A DNA stretch of 64,000 nt from positions 381-64,380 of the forward strand of contig JAXDPI010000041.1 in the NCBI GenBank assembly GCA_034668465.1. Reading direction: 5' to 3'. The position numbers and the translations under genes were made by a program. Origin of the DNA: Sphingomonadales bacterium (lineage in GTDB: Bacteria; Pseudomonadota; Alphaproteobacteria; Sphingomonadales; Sphingomonadaceae). Shown here piece after piece: positions 1 through 9,975 of this stretch. Position 1 is the stretch's first letter, and the number at the start of each line of letters is the position of its first letter. The notes under the pieces were generated by a model that saw only the letters and a list, made by a program, of their open reading frames with translations, was not told the DNA's origin and made no database searches.

Positions 1-1530
1 GTGACGACGCAGGTCGAGGCGGTGGGAATCAATGGCTTTTCGGTCACTCTCGACGTTCAGCCGGGCCAGCTTTACCGGTTTACGACTGTCGTCCTGCCCG
101 GTCTCGAAGGTGCCGCCGGGGCCGACGCCGGGACGCTGCGCCACAGCTTCGCGGTCAATCCGCAAGACCCGGTCAACGCGGAGGCGGTCCGCGACGCACA
201 GGCCGCGCTCCGGGCCGAGCTCGGCCGGCGCGGCTACGCCTTCGCCGCGGTCGGCGAGGAGGAGGTGGTGCTCGACCATGCGACCGGCACCGCGCTCCTC
301 ACCCTTCCGGTCGAGACCGCCGGGGCGCGCCGTTTCGGCCATATCCTGGTCGAGGGCCGGCCCTTGTTCGACGCCCGCCACATCGCGACGATCGCCCGCT
401 TCCACGAGGGCGACCCCTGGCGCAGCGACCGGGTCGAGGATCTGCGCCAGGCCCTGGTCGCGACCGGGATCGTCTCGTCGGTCGCGATCCGCCCCGTCGC
501 CCGCCCGGACAGCGACCTCGTCGATCTCGCCGTCGCGCTCGAGCCGGCGCCGATGCGCACCGTCGCGGGAGAGGCGGGCTACGGCACCGGCGAGGGGATC
601 AGGCTCGAATTGAGCTGGCAGCACCGCAATTTGCTGCCGCCGGAGGGCGCGGTCACCTTCCGCGGCGTCGCCGGCACGCGCGAGCAGTCGCTCTCGGCGA
701 TCCTGCGGCGCAGCAATTTCGGCCGCCGCGACCAGGTGCTCAACCTCCAGGCGGCGGCGAGCAACGTCAACCGGCCGGCCTACGACGCGCGCATGTTCAC
801 CCTCGCCGGCGGCATCGAGCGGCAGAGCAACATCTTCTGGCAGAAGGTCTGGACCTGGTCGATCGGCGCCGAGCTGACCGCGACCGACGAGCGCGACGTC
901 GATGTCGCCAGTGGGACGATCCGGCAGCGAACCTTCTTCATCGGCGCGATCCCGGCCTATCTCGGCTATGACGGATCGAACGACCTGCTCGACCCGACCT
1001 CGGGCTTCCGGCTCTCGGCGCGGGTGTCGCCCGAGGCCTCGCTGCAGAGCGGCAGCTTCTTCTACGGCCGCGTCCAGCTCGACGGCAGCCTCTACTGGCC
1101 GGCCACGAGCCGCATCACGCTCGCCGCACGGTCCCGGCTCGGCACGATCTTCGGCGCCAGCCGCGACCGGATCGCGCCGTCGCGGCGCTTCTACGCCGGC
1201 GGCGGCGGCTCGGTGCGCGGTTATGGCTTCCAGGCGCTCGGCCCGCGCGATCCGGTGTTCAACGACCCGATCGGCGGCCGCAGCCTGACCGAATTCGCGC
1301 TCGAGGCGCGAATCCGGGTCGGCAATTTCGGCATCGTCCCGTTCCTCGACGCCGGCAACGTCTCGACCAGCGCACTGCCCCGGCTGGACAACCTCCAGCT
1401 CGGCGCCGGGCTCGGCGTGCGCTACCATACCCGCTTCGGCCCGATCCGGGTCGACGTCGGCACGCCGCTCAACCCGCGCAGCGGCGATCCGCGCATCGCC
1501 GTCTACGTCTCGCTCGGCCAGGCCTTCTGA
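1..1530 (+). CDS. tamA: TamA/BamA-family outer-membrane assembly protein, 5'-truncated by the window edge
   Basis: POTRA-like region followed by an Omp85 barrel, with RFYAGGGGSVRGY and a C-terminal YVSLGQAF; lies directly upstream of tamB. Confidence 0.9.
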   Translation: MTTQVEAVGINGFSVTLDVQPGQLYRFTTVVLPGLEGAAGADAGTLRHSFAVNPQDPVNAEAVRDAQAALRAELGRRGYAFAAVGEEEVVLDHATGTALLTLPVETAGARRFGHILVEGRPLFDARHIATIARFHEGDPWRSDRVEDLRQALVATGIVSSVAIRPVARPDSDLVDLAVALEPAPMRTVAGEAGYGTGEGIRLELSWQHRNLLPPEGAVTFRGVAGTREQSLSAILRRSNFGRRDQVLNLQAAASNVNRPAYDARMFTLAGGIERQSNIFWQKVWTWSIGAELTATDERDVDVASGTIRQRTFFIGAIPAYLGYDGSNDLLDPTSGFRLSARVSPEASLQSGSFFYGRVQLDGSLYWPATSRITLAARSRLGTIFGASRDRIAPSRRFYAGGGGSVRGYGFQALGPRDPVFNDPIGGRSLTEFALEARIRVGNFGIVPFLDAGNVSTSALPRLDNLQLGAGLGVRYHTRFGPIRVDVGTPLNPRSGDPRIAVYVSLGQAF

Positions 1531-1532
1531 AG

Positions 1533-4500
1533 ATGAGCGAAGCCGTGCCCGACGCCGAGACGGTTCCGCCCCAGCCGCCGCTGCGGCGCGGCTGGCGGCT
1601 TTGGCTGTCGCGGCTGGCAAAGCTCGTCACCGCCGCGCTGATCACGCTCATCGTCCTCGCCGCGGCCCTGATCGCCTTCCTCGATACCGAAGCCGGCCAC
1701 CGGCTGATCGTCGACCGGATCGCGGCGATGACGCCGCAATCGGGCCTGCGCATCCGCATCGGCCGGATCGACGGCTCGATCTGGGGCCAGACCGAGCTGC
1801 GCGACGTGCGGCTCTACGATCCCGACGGGCTGTTCGCCGAATCCCCCGAGATCGACCTCGACTGGCGGCCGCTCGATTTCCTGTGGAACAGCCTCGTCAT
1901 CCGCGACGCCGAATCGGAGCTCGTCATCCTCCACCGGCTGCCGAAGCTCGTGCCGGCGCGCGAGCCCGGGCCGGTCCTGCCCGAATATGACGTCCACATC
2001 GGCCGCTTCGGCGTCCGCCAGGTCCGGATCGGCGCGGCGGTGACCGGCCGCGAGCGGATCGGCAGCCTCGGCGGCGAAGCGGAGATCAGGAGCGGGCGGG
2101 CGCTGCTCGCGCTCGACGCCGCCATCCGCGACGGCGGCGACCGGCTCCACCTGCGGCTCGACGCCGAGCCCGGCAGCAACCGCTTCGACCTCGACGCGCG
2201 GGTCGAGGCGCCCGCCAACAGCGTGGTCGGGGCGATGCTCGGCACGACGAGGCCGATTCGCCTCGACCTCGGCGGCGACGGCAGCTGGACGCGCTGGACG
2301 GGCGCCGCGCGGCTCGACGTTTCGGCGCAGCGCACCGCTGAATTGCGGCTGACGATGGCAGCGGGGCGGTTCGGCCTGACCGGCTGGGCGGCGCCGTCGC
2401 CCTTCCTCACCGGCAAGCTCCAGCGGCTGACCGCGGCGCGGGTGCTGGTCAACGCCGGCGGCCGGTTCGAGGACCGGCGGATCGACGGGCGGCTGTCGCT
2501 CCTGTCGGCGTCGCTGCGGATCGAGGCGCGCGGCCGCGTCGACCTCGGCCGTCGCCGCTACGAGAATGTCCAGATCGCCGCCGAATTGCTGCGGCCGCCG
2601 GCCTTGTTCCCGAACATGACCGGCCGGCAGGTCCGGCTCGCGGCGATGCTCGACGGGCCGTTCGATACCGCCGCCTTCGTCTATCGCCTGACGAGCCCGC
2701 AAATCGCCTTCGACGAGACCGGCTTCGAGGAGGTGCGCGCCGAAGGGCGGGGCAATTTGTCGCGCGCGCCGGTGACGGTGCCTTTGCTGGTTACCGCGCG
2801 GCGGGTGACCGGGGTCGGCGAGGTGGTCGGCGGCATCCTCGCCAATCTGCGCGTCCAGGGGCTGCTCCGGATCACGCCCGAGCGGCTCAGCGGCGACGGC
2901 CTGATCCTGACCTCGGACAAATTGCAGGGCCTGCTCAGCCTCTCCGTCGACCTCAGGAGCGGGGTCTACGGCGTCGGCCTGACCGGCGGCATGCGCACCT
3001 ATACGATCCCCGGCTTCGGCGTGGTCGACGTGCTGTCCGAATTGCACGCCGTGCCGGGCCCGGGCGGGCATGGCACGATGGTCACCGGCACGGCGCGCGC
3101 CTGGGTGCGGCGGCTCGACAACCGCTTTCTCGCCTGGGTCGCCGGCGGCCTGCCGCATCTGGAGACGAACCTGACCCGCGGGCCCGACCGGATCATCCGC
3201 TTCGCCAATTTGCGCCTGGTCGCGCCGAAGCTCGATCTCGTCGCCAACGGCATCCGCCGGATCGACGGCACCTTCCAGTTCGAAGGCGCCGGCCGGCACG
3301 CCGATTACGGGCCGATCCGGATCGGCCTCGACGGGCGGATCGAGCGGCCGCGGCTGACGGTGCGGCTCGAGCGGCCGGTGACTTCGCTCGGGCTGACCGA
3401 AGTGCTCTTGAACCTCGAGCCCAATGCGGCGGGCTTCCTGTGGCGGGCCGAGGGCGGCTCGGCGCTCGGGCCGTTCACCGGCAACGGCGCGATCGCGCTG
3501 CTGCCGGGCCGGCCCGCCCTCATCCAGGTCGCGACCCTGAACGTCTCGGGCACGCGGGCCAGCGGCGGGCTGCGCTCCGATCCCGACGGCTTTACCGGCC
3601 TGCTCAACGTCGCCGGGGGCGGGCTCGAGGGACGGCTGCAATTCAATCCGGTCGGCGGCCACCAGCGGATCGGCGTCAATCTCGCCGCCAACGACGCGCA
3701 TTTCGTCGGGCCGCCGCCGATCGTCGTGCGGCGCGGGACGATCGAGGGCGCGATCCTGCTCGATCCGGCCGGCACCTCGATCGAGGGACGGATCGTCGCG
3801 CGCGGGGTGAGCCGCGGGCCGCTCTCGATCGCCAGCCTCGACGCCCAGGCAAGCTTGCGCGGCGGCGTCGGCCAGGCGCGGATCCGGATCGCCGGGTCGC
3901 GCGGCCGCGACTTCTCGTTCAACGCGCTCGCCGATATTTCGCCCGGCCGCTACCGGATCAGCGGCTCGGGCACGCTCGACCGGCGCCCGCTCGAGCTGAT
4001 CACCCCGGCCGAGCTGACTTGGCAACCGGAGGGCTGGCGGCTCGCGCCGACCCAATTCCGCTTCGCCGGCGGCAGCGCCAGCCTCGCCGGCCTGTTCGGC
4101 ACCCGCACCGAGATCGACGCCCGGCTCCAGGCGATGCCGCTGTCGGTGCTCGACATAGGCTATCCCGAGCTCGGCCTCGGCGGCATCGCCACCGGCGACG
4201 TGCGCTACCGCTCGGCCTCCCCGGGCGCGCCGCCGGCAGGCGAGGCCAGCCTGCGCATCCGCGGGCTGACCCGCGCCGGCCTCGTCCTCTCCTCGCGGCC
4301 GGTCGATATCGGCGTCAACGCGCGGCTCGACGGGGCCAGTGCGGCGGTGCGCGCGGTCGCGGTCAGCGAGGGCCGGACGATCGGGCGGATGCAGGCGCGG
4401 ATCTCGCCGATCGGGACGTCGGGCGATCTGGCCGAGCGGCTGTCGCGCGCGCCGATGCGGGCGCAGGTCCGCTATAACGGCCCGGCCGACACGCTTTGGC

Positions 4501-5738
4501 GCCTCACCGGGATCGAGCTGCTCGACCTCTCCGGCCCGGCCGCGATCGGCGCCGACCTGAGCGGGACGCTCGAAAACCCGCTGATCAACGGCTCGGTCCG
4601 CACCTCGGGCGCGCGGCTCGAGAGCGCGATCACCGGGATGGTGATCGACAATCTCGAATCGACCGGCCGGTTCGGCGGCTCGCGGCTGATCATCTCGAGC
4701 TTTTCCGGGCGGACCGAGGGCGGCGGCACGGTGGCGGGCGCGGGCACCCTCGATTTCGCGGCGGCGCAGGGCGTCGGCATGAACATCGACATCCACGCCG
4801 AAGGGGCGCGGCTGCTCGACCGCGACGACATCCAGGCGGCGGTGACCGGCGATCTCGCAATTCGCTCGGACGGCGACGGCGGCTCGATCGCGGGCGATGT
4901 CCGGCTGACCCAGGGCCGCTTCCAATTGGGCAGCGCGACCGCGGCGGCGCAGGTGGCGCGGCTGAACGTGCGCGAGATCAACCGGCCCGACGCGGATCTC
5001 GGCCCGATCGTCCGCCACGTCGCGCCCTGGCGGCTCGCGCTCGGCGTCGCCGCGCAGAACCGGCTGACCGTCACCGGGCTCGGCATGAACAGCGAGTGGC
5101 GCGCCAACCTCCAGGTCGCCGGCACGGTCACCGAGCCGCGCATCTCGGGCGACGCGCTGCTGCTGCGCGGCACCTACGATTTCGCCGGGCGGCGCTTCGA
5201 CCTCTTGCGCGGTAACATTCGCTTCGCCGGCGAATCGCCGGTCAATCCGCAGCTCGACATCGCCGCCGAGGCGCGGGTGCGCGGCCTTTCCGCCCAGATC
5301 CGCGTCACCGGCCGCAGCCAGCGGCCCGAAATCGCCTTCACCTCGACGCCGGCGCTGCCGCAGGACGAATTGCTGTCGCGCATCCTGTTCGGCACTTCGA
5401 TCACCAACCTGTCGGCGCCCGAGGCGGTGCAGCTCGCCTCGGCGATCGCGTCCCTCAACGACCCGCGCGGCGGCCTCGACCCGATCAACGCGGTGCGCCG
5501 CTCGATCGGCCTCGATCGCCTCCGCATTCTGCCGGCCGACGTGACCCAGGGGATCGGCACGCAGTTCGCCGCCGGCAAATATTTCGGCCGGCGCGTCTAT
5601 GTCGAGGTGGTGACCGACGGCCGCGGCTATTCGGCGACCACCGTCGAATATCAGATCACCCGCTGGCTCTCCTTGCTGTCGACCCTCTCGACGATCGGCC
5701 GCGAAAGCGTCAACGTCCGCGTCTCGCGGGATTATTGA
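1533..5738 (+). CDS. tamB: Translocation/assembly module TamB
   Basis: 1401 aa; N-terminal TM anchor, beta-rich body, DUF490-like C-terminus (LLRGTYDFAGRRF...ESVNVRVSRDY). Confidence 0.9.
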   Translation: MSEAVPDAETVPPQPPLRRGWRLWLSRLAKLVTAALITLIVLAAALIAFLDTEAGHRLIVDRIAAMTPQSGLRIRIGRIDGSIWGQTELRDVRLYDPDGLFAESPEIDLDWRPLDFLWNSLVIRDAESELVILHRLPKLVPAREPGPVLPEYDVHIGRFGVRQVRIGAAVTGRERIGSLGGEAEIRSGRALLALDAAIRDGGDRLHLRLDAEPGSNRFDLDARVEAPANSVVGAMLGTTRPIRLDLGGDGSWTRWTGAARLDVSAQRTAELRLTMAAGRFGLTGWAAPSPFLTGKLQRLTAARVLVNAGGRFEDRRIDGRLSLLSASLRIEARGRVDLGRRRYENVQIAAELLRPPALFPNMTGRQVRLAAMLDGPFDTAAFVYRLTSPQIAFDETGFEEVRAEGRGNLSRAPVTVPLLVTARRVTGVGEVVGGILANLRVQGLLRITPERLSGDGLILTSDKLQGLLSLSVDLRSGVYGVGLTGGMRTYTIPGFGVVDVLSELHAVPGPGGHGTMVTGTARAWVRRLDNRFLAWVAGGLPHLETNLTRGPDRIIRFANLRLVAPKLDLVANGIRRIDGTFQFEGAGRHADYGPIRIGLDGRIERPRLTVRLERPVTSLGLTEVLLNLEPNAAGFLWRAEGGSALGPFTGNGAIALLPGRPALIQVATLNVSGTRASGGLRSDPDGFTGLLNVAGGGLEGRLQFNPVGGHQRIGVNLAANDAHFVGPPPIVVRRGTIEGAILLDPAGTSIEGRIVARGVSRGPLSIASLDAQASLRGGVGQARIRIAGSRGRDFSFNALADISPGRYRISGSGTLDRRPLELITPAELTWQPEGWRLAPTQFRFAGGSASLAGLFGTRTEIDARLQAMPLSVLDIGYPELGLGGIATGDVRYRSASPGAPPAGEASLRIRGLTRAGLVLSSRPVDIGVNARLDGASAAVRAVAVSEGRTIGRMQARISPIGTSGDLAERLSRAPMRAQVRYNGPADTLWRLTGIELLDLSGPAAIGADLSGTLENPLINGSVRTSGARLESAITGMVIDNLESTGRFGGSRLIISSFSGRTEGGGTVAGAGTLDFAAAQGVGMNIDIHAEGARLLDRDDIQAAVTGDLAIRSDGDGGSIAGDVRLTQGRFQLGSATAAAQVARLNVREINRPDADLGPIVRHVAPWRLALGVAAQNRLTVTGLGMNSEWRANLQVAGTVTEPRISGDALLLRGTYDFAGRRFDLLRGNIRFAGESPVNPQLDIAAEARVRGLSAQIRVTGRSQRPEIAFTSTPALPQDELLSRILFGTSITNLSAPEAVQLASAIASLNDPRGGLDPINAVRRSIGLDRLRILPADVTQGIGTQFAAGKYFGRRVYVEVVTDGRGYSATTVEYQITRWLSLLSTLSTIGRESVNVRVSRDY

Positions 5739-5745
5739 GGAGCCG

Positions 5746-6333
5746 ATGATGGAGCGGGAGAGGGCGATCCTTGCCGTTTCGAGCCTGACGCTGGCGCTGG
5801 GAATCGCGGCGCTGCTTATCGTGAGCGCGCGGCAGCGCGCTGCCGATGCCCGGCGCAACCTCGACGCCATCATGGTATTCGCCGATCCCTCGCACTGTCG
5901 GCCCGGCGAACCGCTGGCCGGCATCCTGAACGGCCTGTCTTTCTCGGACGAGCGCACCTACCGGCCGCGCGCCGGCGCGCCGATCGCCGTTGCCGGCTTC
6001 CCGGCGCCGCTGCAGCCCCGGCTCAGGCGGCGCTTCGGCGTCGGCCGCGATGCGATGGGATTCATGACCTTCGCCGAGCTCAAGCTGCGCGGGCGGTGGC
6101 ACGGGCTGGCCGTCAGCAGGCTGCGCACGCCCGCCGGCTATGTCGGGATCGACGGTTTCGAAATCCACTTCGACGAGCGGCCCCAGCTGGTCCGCGATAC
6201 ATTGGCGCGCGCCGGCTTTCCGCTTCCCGCGGTCGATGAATGGCGGCAGGCGGACTATCTCCTGCCGGCGCCAACCCCCATGATGAGCGTTCAGTCCGAG
6301 CATGGCGGCGCAACTCTCTACTGCGCGAGATGA
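5746..6333 (+). CDS. Hypothetical protein with N-terminal hydrophobic anchor
   Basis: GAGGAG RBS before the ATG; 195 aa ORF filling the gap between tamB and the MFS gene. Confidence 0.65.
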   Translation: MMERERAILAVSSLTLALGIAALLIVSARQRAADARRNLDAIMVFADPSHCRPGEPLAGILNGLSFSDERTYRPRAGAPIAVAGFPAPLQPRLRRRFGVGRDAMGFMTFAELKLRGRWHGLAVSRLRTPAGYVGIDGFEIHFDERPQLVRDTLARAGFPLPAVDEWRQADYLLPAPTPMMSVQSEHGGATLYCAR

Positions 6334-6344
6334 GGGGCGCCGGA

Positions 6345-7619
6345 ATGAGCCAGAGCCATCGCCTGCGCAACATAATCGGCGGGTCGGCGGGCAACCTCGT
6401 CGAATGGTACGATTGGTACGCCTATTCGGCCTTCACGCTCTATTTCGCGCCGGTCTTCTTCCCGGCGGGCGACCGCACCGCCCAATTGCTGAGCGCGGCG
6501 GCGGTGTTCGCGGTCGGCTTCGTGATGCGGCCGATCGGGGCGTGGGCGATGGGCATCTATGCCGACCGCAAGGGGCGCAAGGCGGGGTTGAGCCTGTCGG
6601 TCGCCTTGATGTGCGCGGGCTCGCTGCTGATCGCGGTGACGCCCGGCTTTGCCGGCATCGGCGCCTGGGCGCCGGCCCTGCTGGTGTTCGCGCGGATGAT
6701 GCAAGGGCTCAGCGTCGGCGGCGAATATGGCGCCAGCGCGACCTATCTGAGCGAAGCGGCGGGGCGCACCCGGCGCGGCTTCTATTCGAGCTTCCAGTAC
6801 GTCACCCTGATCTCGGGCCAGCTGATCGCGCTCGCCGTTTTGATCGTGCTGCAGCAGACGCTGTCGGAGGAAGCGCTCGAGGCGTGGGGCTGGCGGATCC
6901 CGTTCGCGATCGGCGGCGCGCTGGCGGTGATCGTCTTCTACATCCGCCGCCGCCTGAGCGAGACCGAGAGCTTCGAAAATGCACGGGCCTCGGGCGCGCC
7001 GCGCTCGAGCGGGGCCTCCTTGTTCCGCGATCATCCCAAAGCGGCCTTGCTGGTGATGGCGCTGACCGCGGGCGGCACCTTGGCCTTCTACGCCTACACG
7101 ACCTACATGCAGAAATTCCTGGTCAACACGTCGGGCTTCGGCCGCGAGACGGCGACCCTGATCACCGCCGCCGCTCTGTTCCTGTTCATGTGCATCCAGC
7201 CCGCAGCCGGCGCCCTCTCGGACCGGATCGGGCGCAAGCCGGTGATGGTCACGTTCGGCGTGCTCGGCATGCTGCTGACCGTGCCGATCTTCACCGCGCT
7301 GGAGAGCGTGCGCGATCCGCTCGCCGCCTTCGCGCTGGTGCTCGCCGCCTTGCTGATCGTCACCGGCTACACCTCGATCAACGCGGTGGTGAAGGCCGAG
7401 CTCTTCCCCGCCCACATCCGCGCGCTCGGCGTCGCGCTTCCTTACGCGCTCGCCAACACCCTGTTCGGCGGCACCGCCGAATATGCCGCCTTGTGGTTCA
7501 AGGACCAGGGCATCGAGCGCGCTTTCTACTGGTACGTCACCGCGATGATCGGCCTCTCCCTGATCGTCTACCTGTCGATGCGCGACACCAAGAAGCACAG
7601 CCTGATCGCGGAGGATTAG
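6345..7619 (+). CDS. kgtP: MFS metabolite:H+ symporter, alpha-ketoglutarate permease-like
   Basis: GNLVEWYDWYAY, DRKGRK and GLSVGGEYGASATYLSE MHS-family motifs; start trimmed to ATG 6345. Confidence 0.8.
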   Translation: MSQSHRLRNIIGGSAGNLVEWYDWYAYSAFTLYFAPVFFPAGDRTAQLLSAAAVFAVGFVMRPIGAWAMGIYADRKGRKAGLSLSVALMCAGSLLIAVTPGFAGIGAWAPALLVFARMMQGLSVGGEYGASATYLSEAAGRTRRGFYSSFQYVTLISGQLIALAVLIVLQQTLSEEALEAWGWRIPFAIGGALAVIVFYIRRRLSETESFENARASGAPRSSGASLFRDHPKAALLVMALTAGGTLAFYAYTTYMQKFLVNTSGFGRETATLITAAALFLFMCIQPAAGALSDRIGRKPVMVTFGVLGMLLTVPIFTALESVRDPLAAFALVLAALLIVTGYTSINAVVKAELFPAHIRALGVALPYALANTLFGGTAEYAALWFKDQGIERAFYWYVTAMIGLSLIVYLSMRDTKKHSLIAED

Positions 7620-7671
7620 CTCTCCCGCGGACCGACGAAGGGAAGCGGGGGCGAGGGCTTGCGGTCGCGGC
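7616..7671 (-). repeat. Degenerate duplicate of the gcrA 3' end (att-like scar)
   Basis: Reads RDRKPSPPLPFVGPRES* versus RDRKPPPPLPFGGPRVR* in gcrA; 17-bp identical core GGGCTTGCGGTCGCGGC at 7655-7671 and 9267-9283. Confidence 0.85.
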
Positions 7672-7689
7672 AAAATATAACTCGCTCAT

Positions 7690-8274
7690 CTACTTCTTGG
7701 CACGCAATGTCATCGTTCTGACTATAGCTCTTTGTTTCTTCTTGGTGGCTTTGGCTGCTCGTTTGCGCTCGCTGAGAGACTTTCTTTTTTGCCTTTCCTG
7801 CAGGTGCGTGCCAAATCCAGAAATTGCCTTTTCCAACAAATCCTGGCAGTATTCCCACCTGATTTTAGAAGGTCTTATAGTCACCTCATAACTAGGGGAG
7901 ATTTCCGGCCATCGACGGTTAAGATATTCAAGAGAAAAACGCGCGCTTCTGCTATAGTAGTTGAACGTCCACTCACGCATTAGCTTGTCTTGTGGATATG
8001 CTACTGCATTGTCCTCTATGACTCTCTCTAGGAAGGCTTTGCCATGAGTAAAAACCTCTGATCTTCTGCCGGTCTTGTCCGCCAAAAAGGCGGCTCGCCA
8101 GAGGGAGAAGCACACCGAAGTTAGCTCTTGAGCTGCAACCGACAAATCCTTTGTTTTCCAGAATTTATCGTATTCCCGGAGAAGTAGGAGGAGAGCTAAG
8201 GCAGACTTCTGGTTACGGTGTCGGCTTTCGATCAACCAGGCCAGATGCTCTGCATTATCCACTTCGTCCGGCAC
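7690..8274 (-). CDS. Hypothetical protein (islet), helical with a Lys/Arg-rich C-terminal tail
   Basis: Open frame 7690-8346; AGGAGA RBS favours the GTG start at 8274. Confidence 0.7.
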   Translation of the reverse strand: MPDEVDNAEHLAWLIESRHRNQKSALALLLLLREYDKFWKTKDLSVAAQELTSVCFSLWRAAFLADKTGRRSEVFTHGKAFLERVIEDNAVAYPQDKLMREWTFNYYSRSARFSLEYLNRRWPEISPSYEVTIRPSKIRWEYCQDLLEKAISGFGTHLQERQKRKSLSERKRAAKATKKKQRAIVRTMTLRAKK

Positions 8275-8382
8275 GCAGATTCTCCTTGGGCAAATGTTTC
8301 TCGACCAGCCTGCTATGTCTTTGCCCAATGCGCAGCCGCCTGTCACTCTTCGGTGGCATGAGGTGCCAGAACAAGATGGGGA

Positions 8383-8772
8383 TCAGCCGGCGGCGGAAAA
8401 CCCGGCCACGATCATGGAAATGACCGCCGCAAGGAATAGCGCGAACATACCCTGTGCCGCCCAGCGCTCGTGTTTCTTGCTGCCGTTTGCCACCGTTTGC
8501 TGGTTTTCTGTCATCTCCCACCCGTTTTCATTGCGGTCGATCGCTTCCAGCGTCGCGGTAATTCCCATCAGATTTAGCAGGGCAAAGAGAATGGTCATGC
8601 CGAACAGCACCCAGGCAACATAAAGAGCCGAGGGAATGCTGAGCGGCATACCCTCGGGCGCAACTCGAAATTTGTCGAGGAAGGTAACGGTGAATGCAAC
8701 TGCGCCTGTCGACAGCGTGATGATCTGTTTGGTGATATCGGTGGCCGCCTTCAGCCCTTCGATGCTCGCCAT
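8383..8772 (-). CDS. Hypothetical small membrane protein (islet), about three TM segments
   Basis: 129 aa with three hydrophobic stretches. Confidence 0.7.
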   Translation of the reverse strand: MASIEGLKAATDITKQIITLSTGAVAFTVTFLDKFRVAPEGMPLSIPSALYVAWVLFGMTILFALLNLMGITATLEAIDRNENGWEMTENQQTVANGSKKHERWAAQGMFALFLAAVISMIVAGFSAAG

Positions 8773-8773
8773 G

Positions 8774-9097
8774 CTAGTCGCAGAACGGATACCGAGGGCA
8801 GAACCAACTCAGCGCGGGGAAGAAACTAAGCTCCCCCAGTAGATCTGGTGGATAGCCGGGGATGTTCCGCGCGAGCTCTTCAGCCTTGTCAACCAGCTCC
8901 GCCAGAGCGGCTACAGCCTCATCGATCGCATTCCCCGGCTGCTGTCCATGGTCGGCCAAGATCAAGTGTGCGGCCCGCTTAGTAAGGCCCTGGAGCTCCA
9001 AGTCGGCCCCCTCACCCAAATGGCGCCCCATCTCGGAGACGCGGTGTTTCGTGCGTTCGAACAAATGAGCCGCTAGACCATCAACAGTCCAAGCCAT
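8774..9097 (-). CDS. Hypothetical protein (islet)
   Basis: 107 aa ORF ending 1 bp before the next start, consistent with an operon. Confidence 0.5.
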   Translation of the reverse strand: MAWTVDGLAAHLFERTKHRVSEMGRHLGEGADLELQGLTKRAAHLILADHGQQPGNAIDEAVAALAELVDKAEELARNIPGYPPDLLGELSFFPALSWFCPRYPFCD

Positions 9098-9227
9098 CGA
9101 AATCCCCCAACTTTTTCAAAAGCGGGCGCAACCAACCTCGAATTCCTATCGAATACCGGGTGCAGGCGCAACACGGGCGCTCATAATACTGACATCGCGC
9201 GCGCCAGTGCCTGGAGAGGGGGAGCGC

Positions 9228-9914
9228 TCAGCGCACCCTTGGCCCGCCGAAGGGCAGCGGCGGCGGGGGCTTGCGGTCGCGGCGGGGAAGCTGGGCTTGG
9301 TAGGCGACGCCGCAATGCTGGACGCAATAGGGGAAGCCGGGATTGGCCGGGTTGCCGCAGAAGTGGAAATCGGGCTCGCCGGGATGGCCGATCGGCCATT
9401 TGCAGATCTTCTCGTTGAGATCCAGGAGGCCGGTCTTGTCGGCGATTTCGGGACTCGGCTTGGCCGGCACCAGGCGGCGCGGCGGCGCCGGCGGGATCGG
9501 CGCCTGCTGGTCGCTCGGCCCCTGGCGGACGAAGCCGCCCGGGCCGATCGAGCGGACGATCGGCTCCGGCGGGCCGGCCGGGCGCGGCGCTTCCTCGGCG
9601 GGCGGCGCACCCTCGGCGGGGGCCGGGGCGGACTTGGGTTCGGGCTTGGCCCGCGGCGCCGGCGCTTCGGCGGCGGGCGGCTTGGCCGCCGGCGCGGGGG
9701 CGGGCTCGACCTTCTCTTTGGCCTTTGCCTTGGGCTTGGGCTCGGGCTCGTTGGGCTTGACCGGCGACGGCCGCGACTGGAGGCCGAGCCGGTGCGCCTT
9801 GCCGATCACCGCGTTGCGCGAGACGCCGCCGAGCTCGTCGGCGATGTGGCTTGCGGTCATCCCCTTGGTCCACAACGCCTTCAGCCGCTCGATTCGTTCG
9901 TCGGTCCACGACAT
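9228..9914 (-). CDS. gcrA: Cell-cycle regulator GcrA
   Basis: MSWTDERIERLK...SRNAVIGKAHRLGL N-terminus, Pro/Ala linker, CKWPIGHP...FCG...YCVQH C-terminus. Confidence 0.95.
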   Translation of the reverse strand: MSWTDERIERLKALWTKGMTASHIADELGGVSRNAVIGKAHRLGLQSRPSPVKPNEPEPKPKAKAKEKVEPAPAPAAKPPAAEAPAPRAKPEPKSAPAPAEGAPPAEEAPRPAGPPEPIVRSIGPGGFVRQGPSDQQAPIPPAPPRRLVPAKPSPEIADKTGLLDLNEKICKWPIGHPGEPDFHFCGNPANPGFPYCVQHCGVAYQAQLPRRDRKPPPPLPFGGPRVR

Positions 9915-9975
9915 GCTCTTATCCTCACGCTCTGACGGCTTGCGGGTCCCGGCGTCTGCGACTAGCGACGGCGCT

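Larger units (their letters stand above)
7672..9227. mobile_element. AT-richer genomic islet integrated at the gcrA 3' end; no integrase inside
   Basis: Abrupt composition shift, three orphan ORFs, bounded by the duplicated gcrA end. Confidence 0.75.

Noticed and set aside
1503-5957. 1484-aa minus-strand ORF
   Set aside because: Antisense shadow of tamB caused by high-GC codon bias; no motifs.
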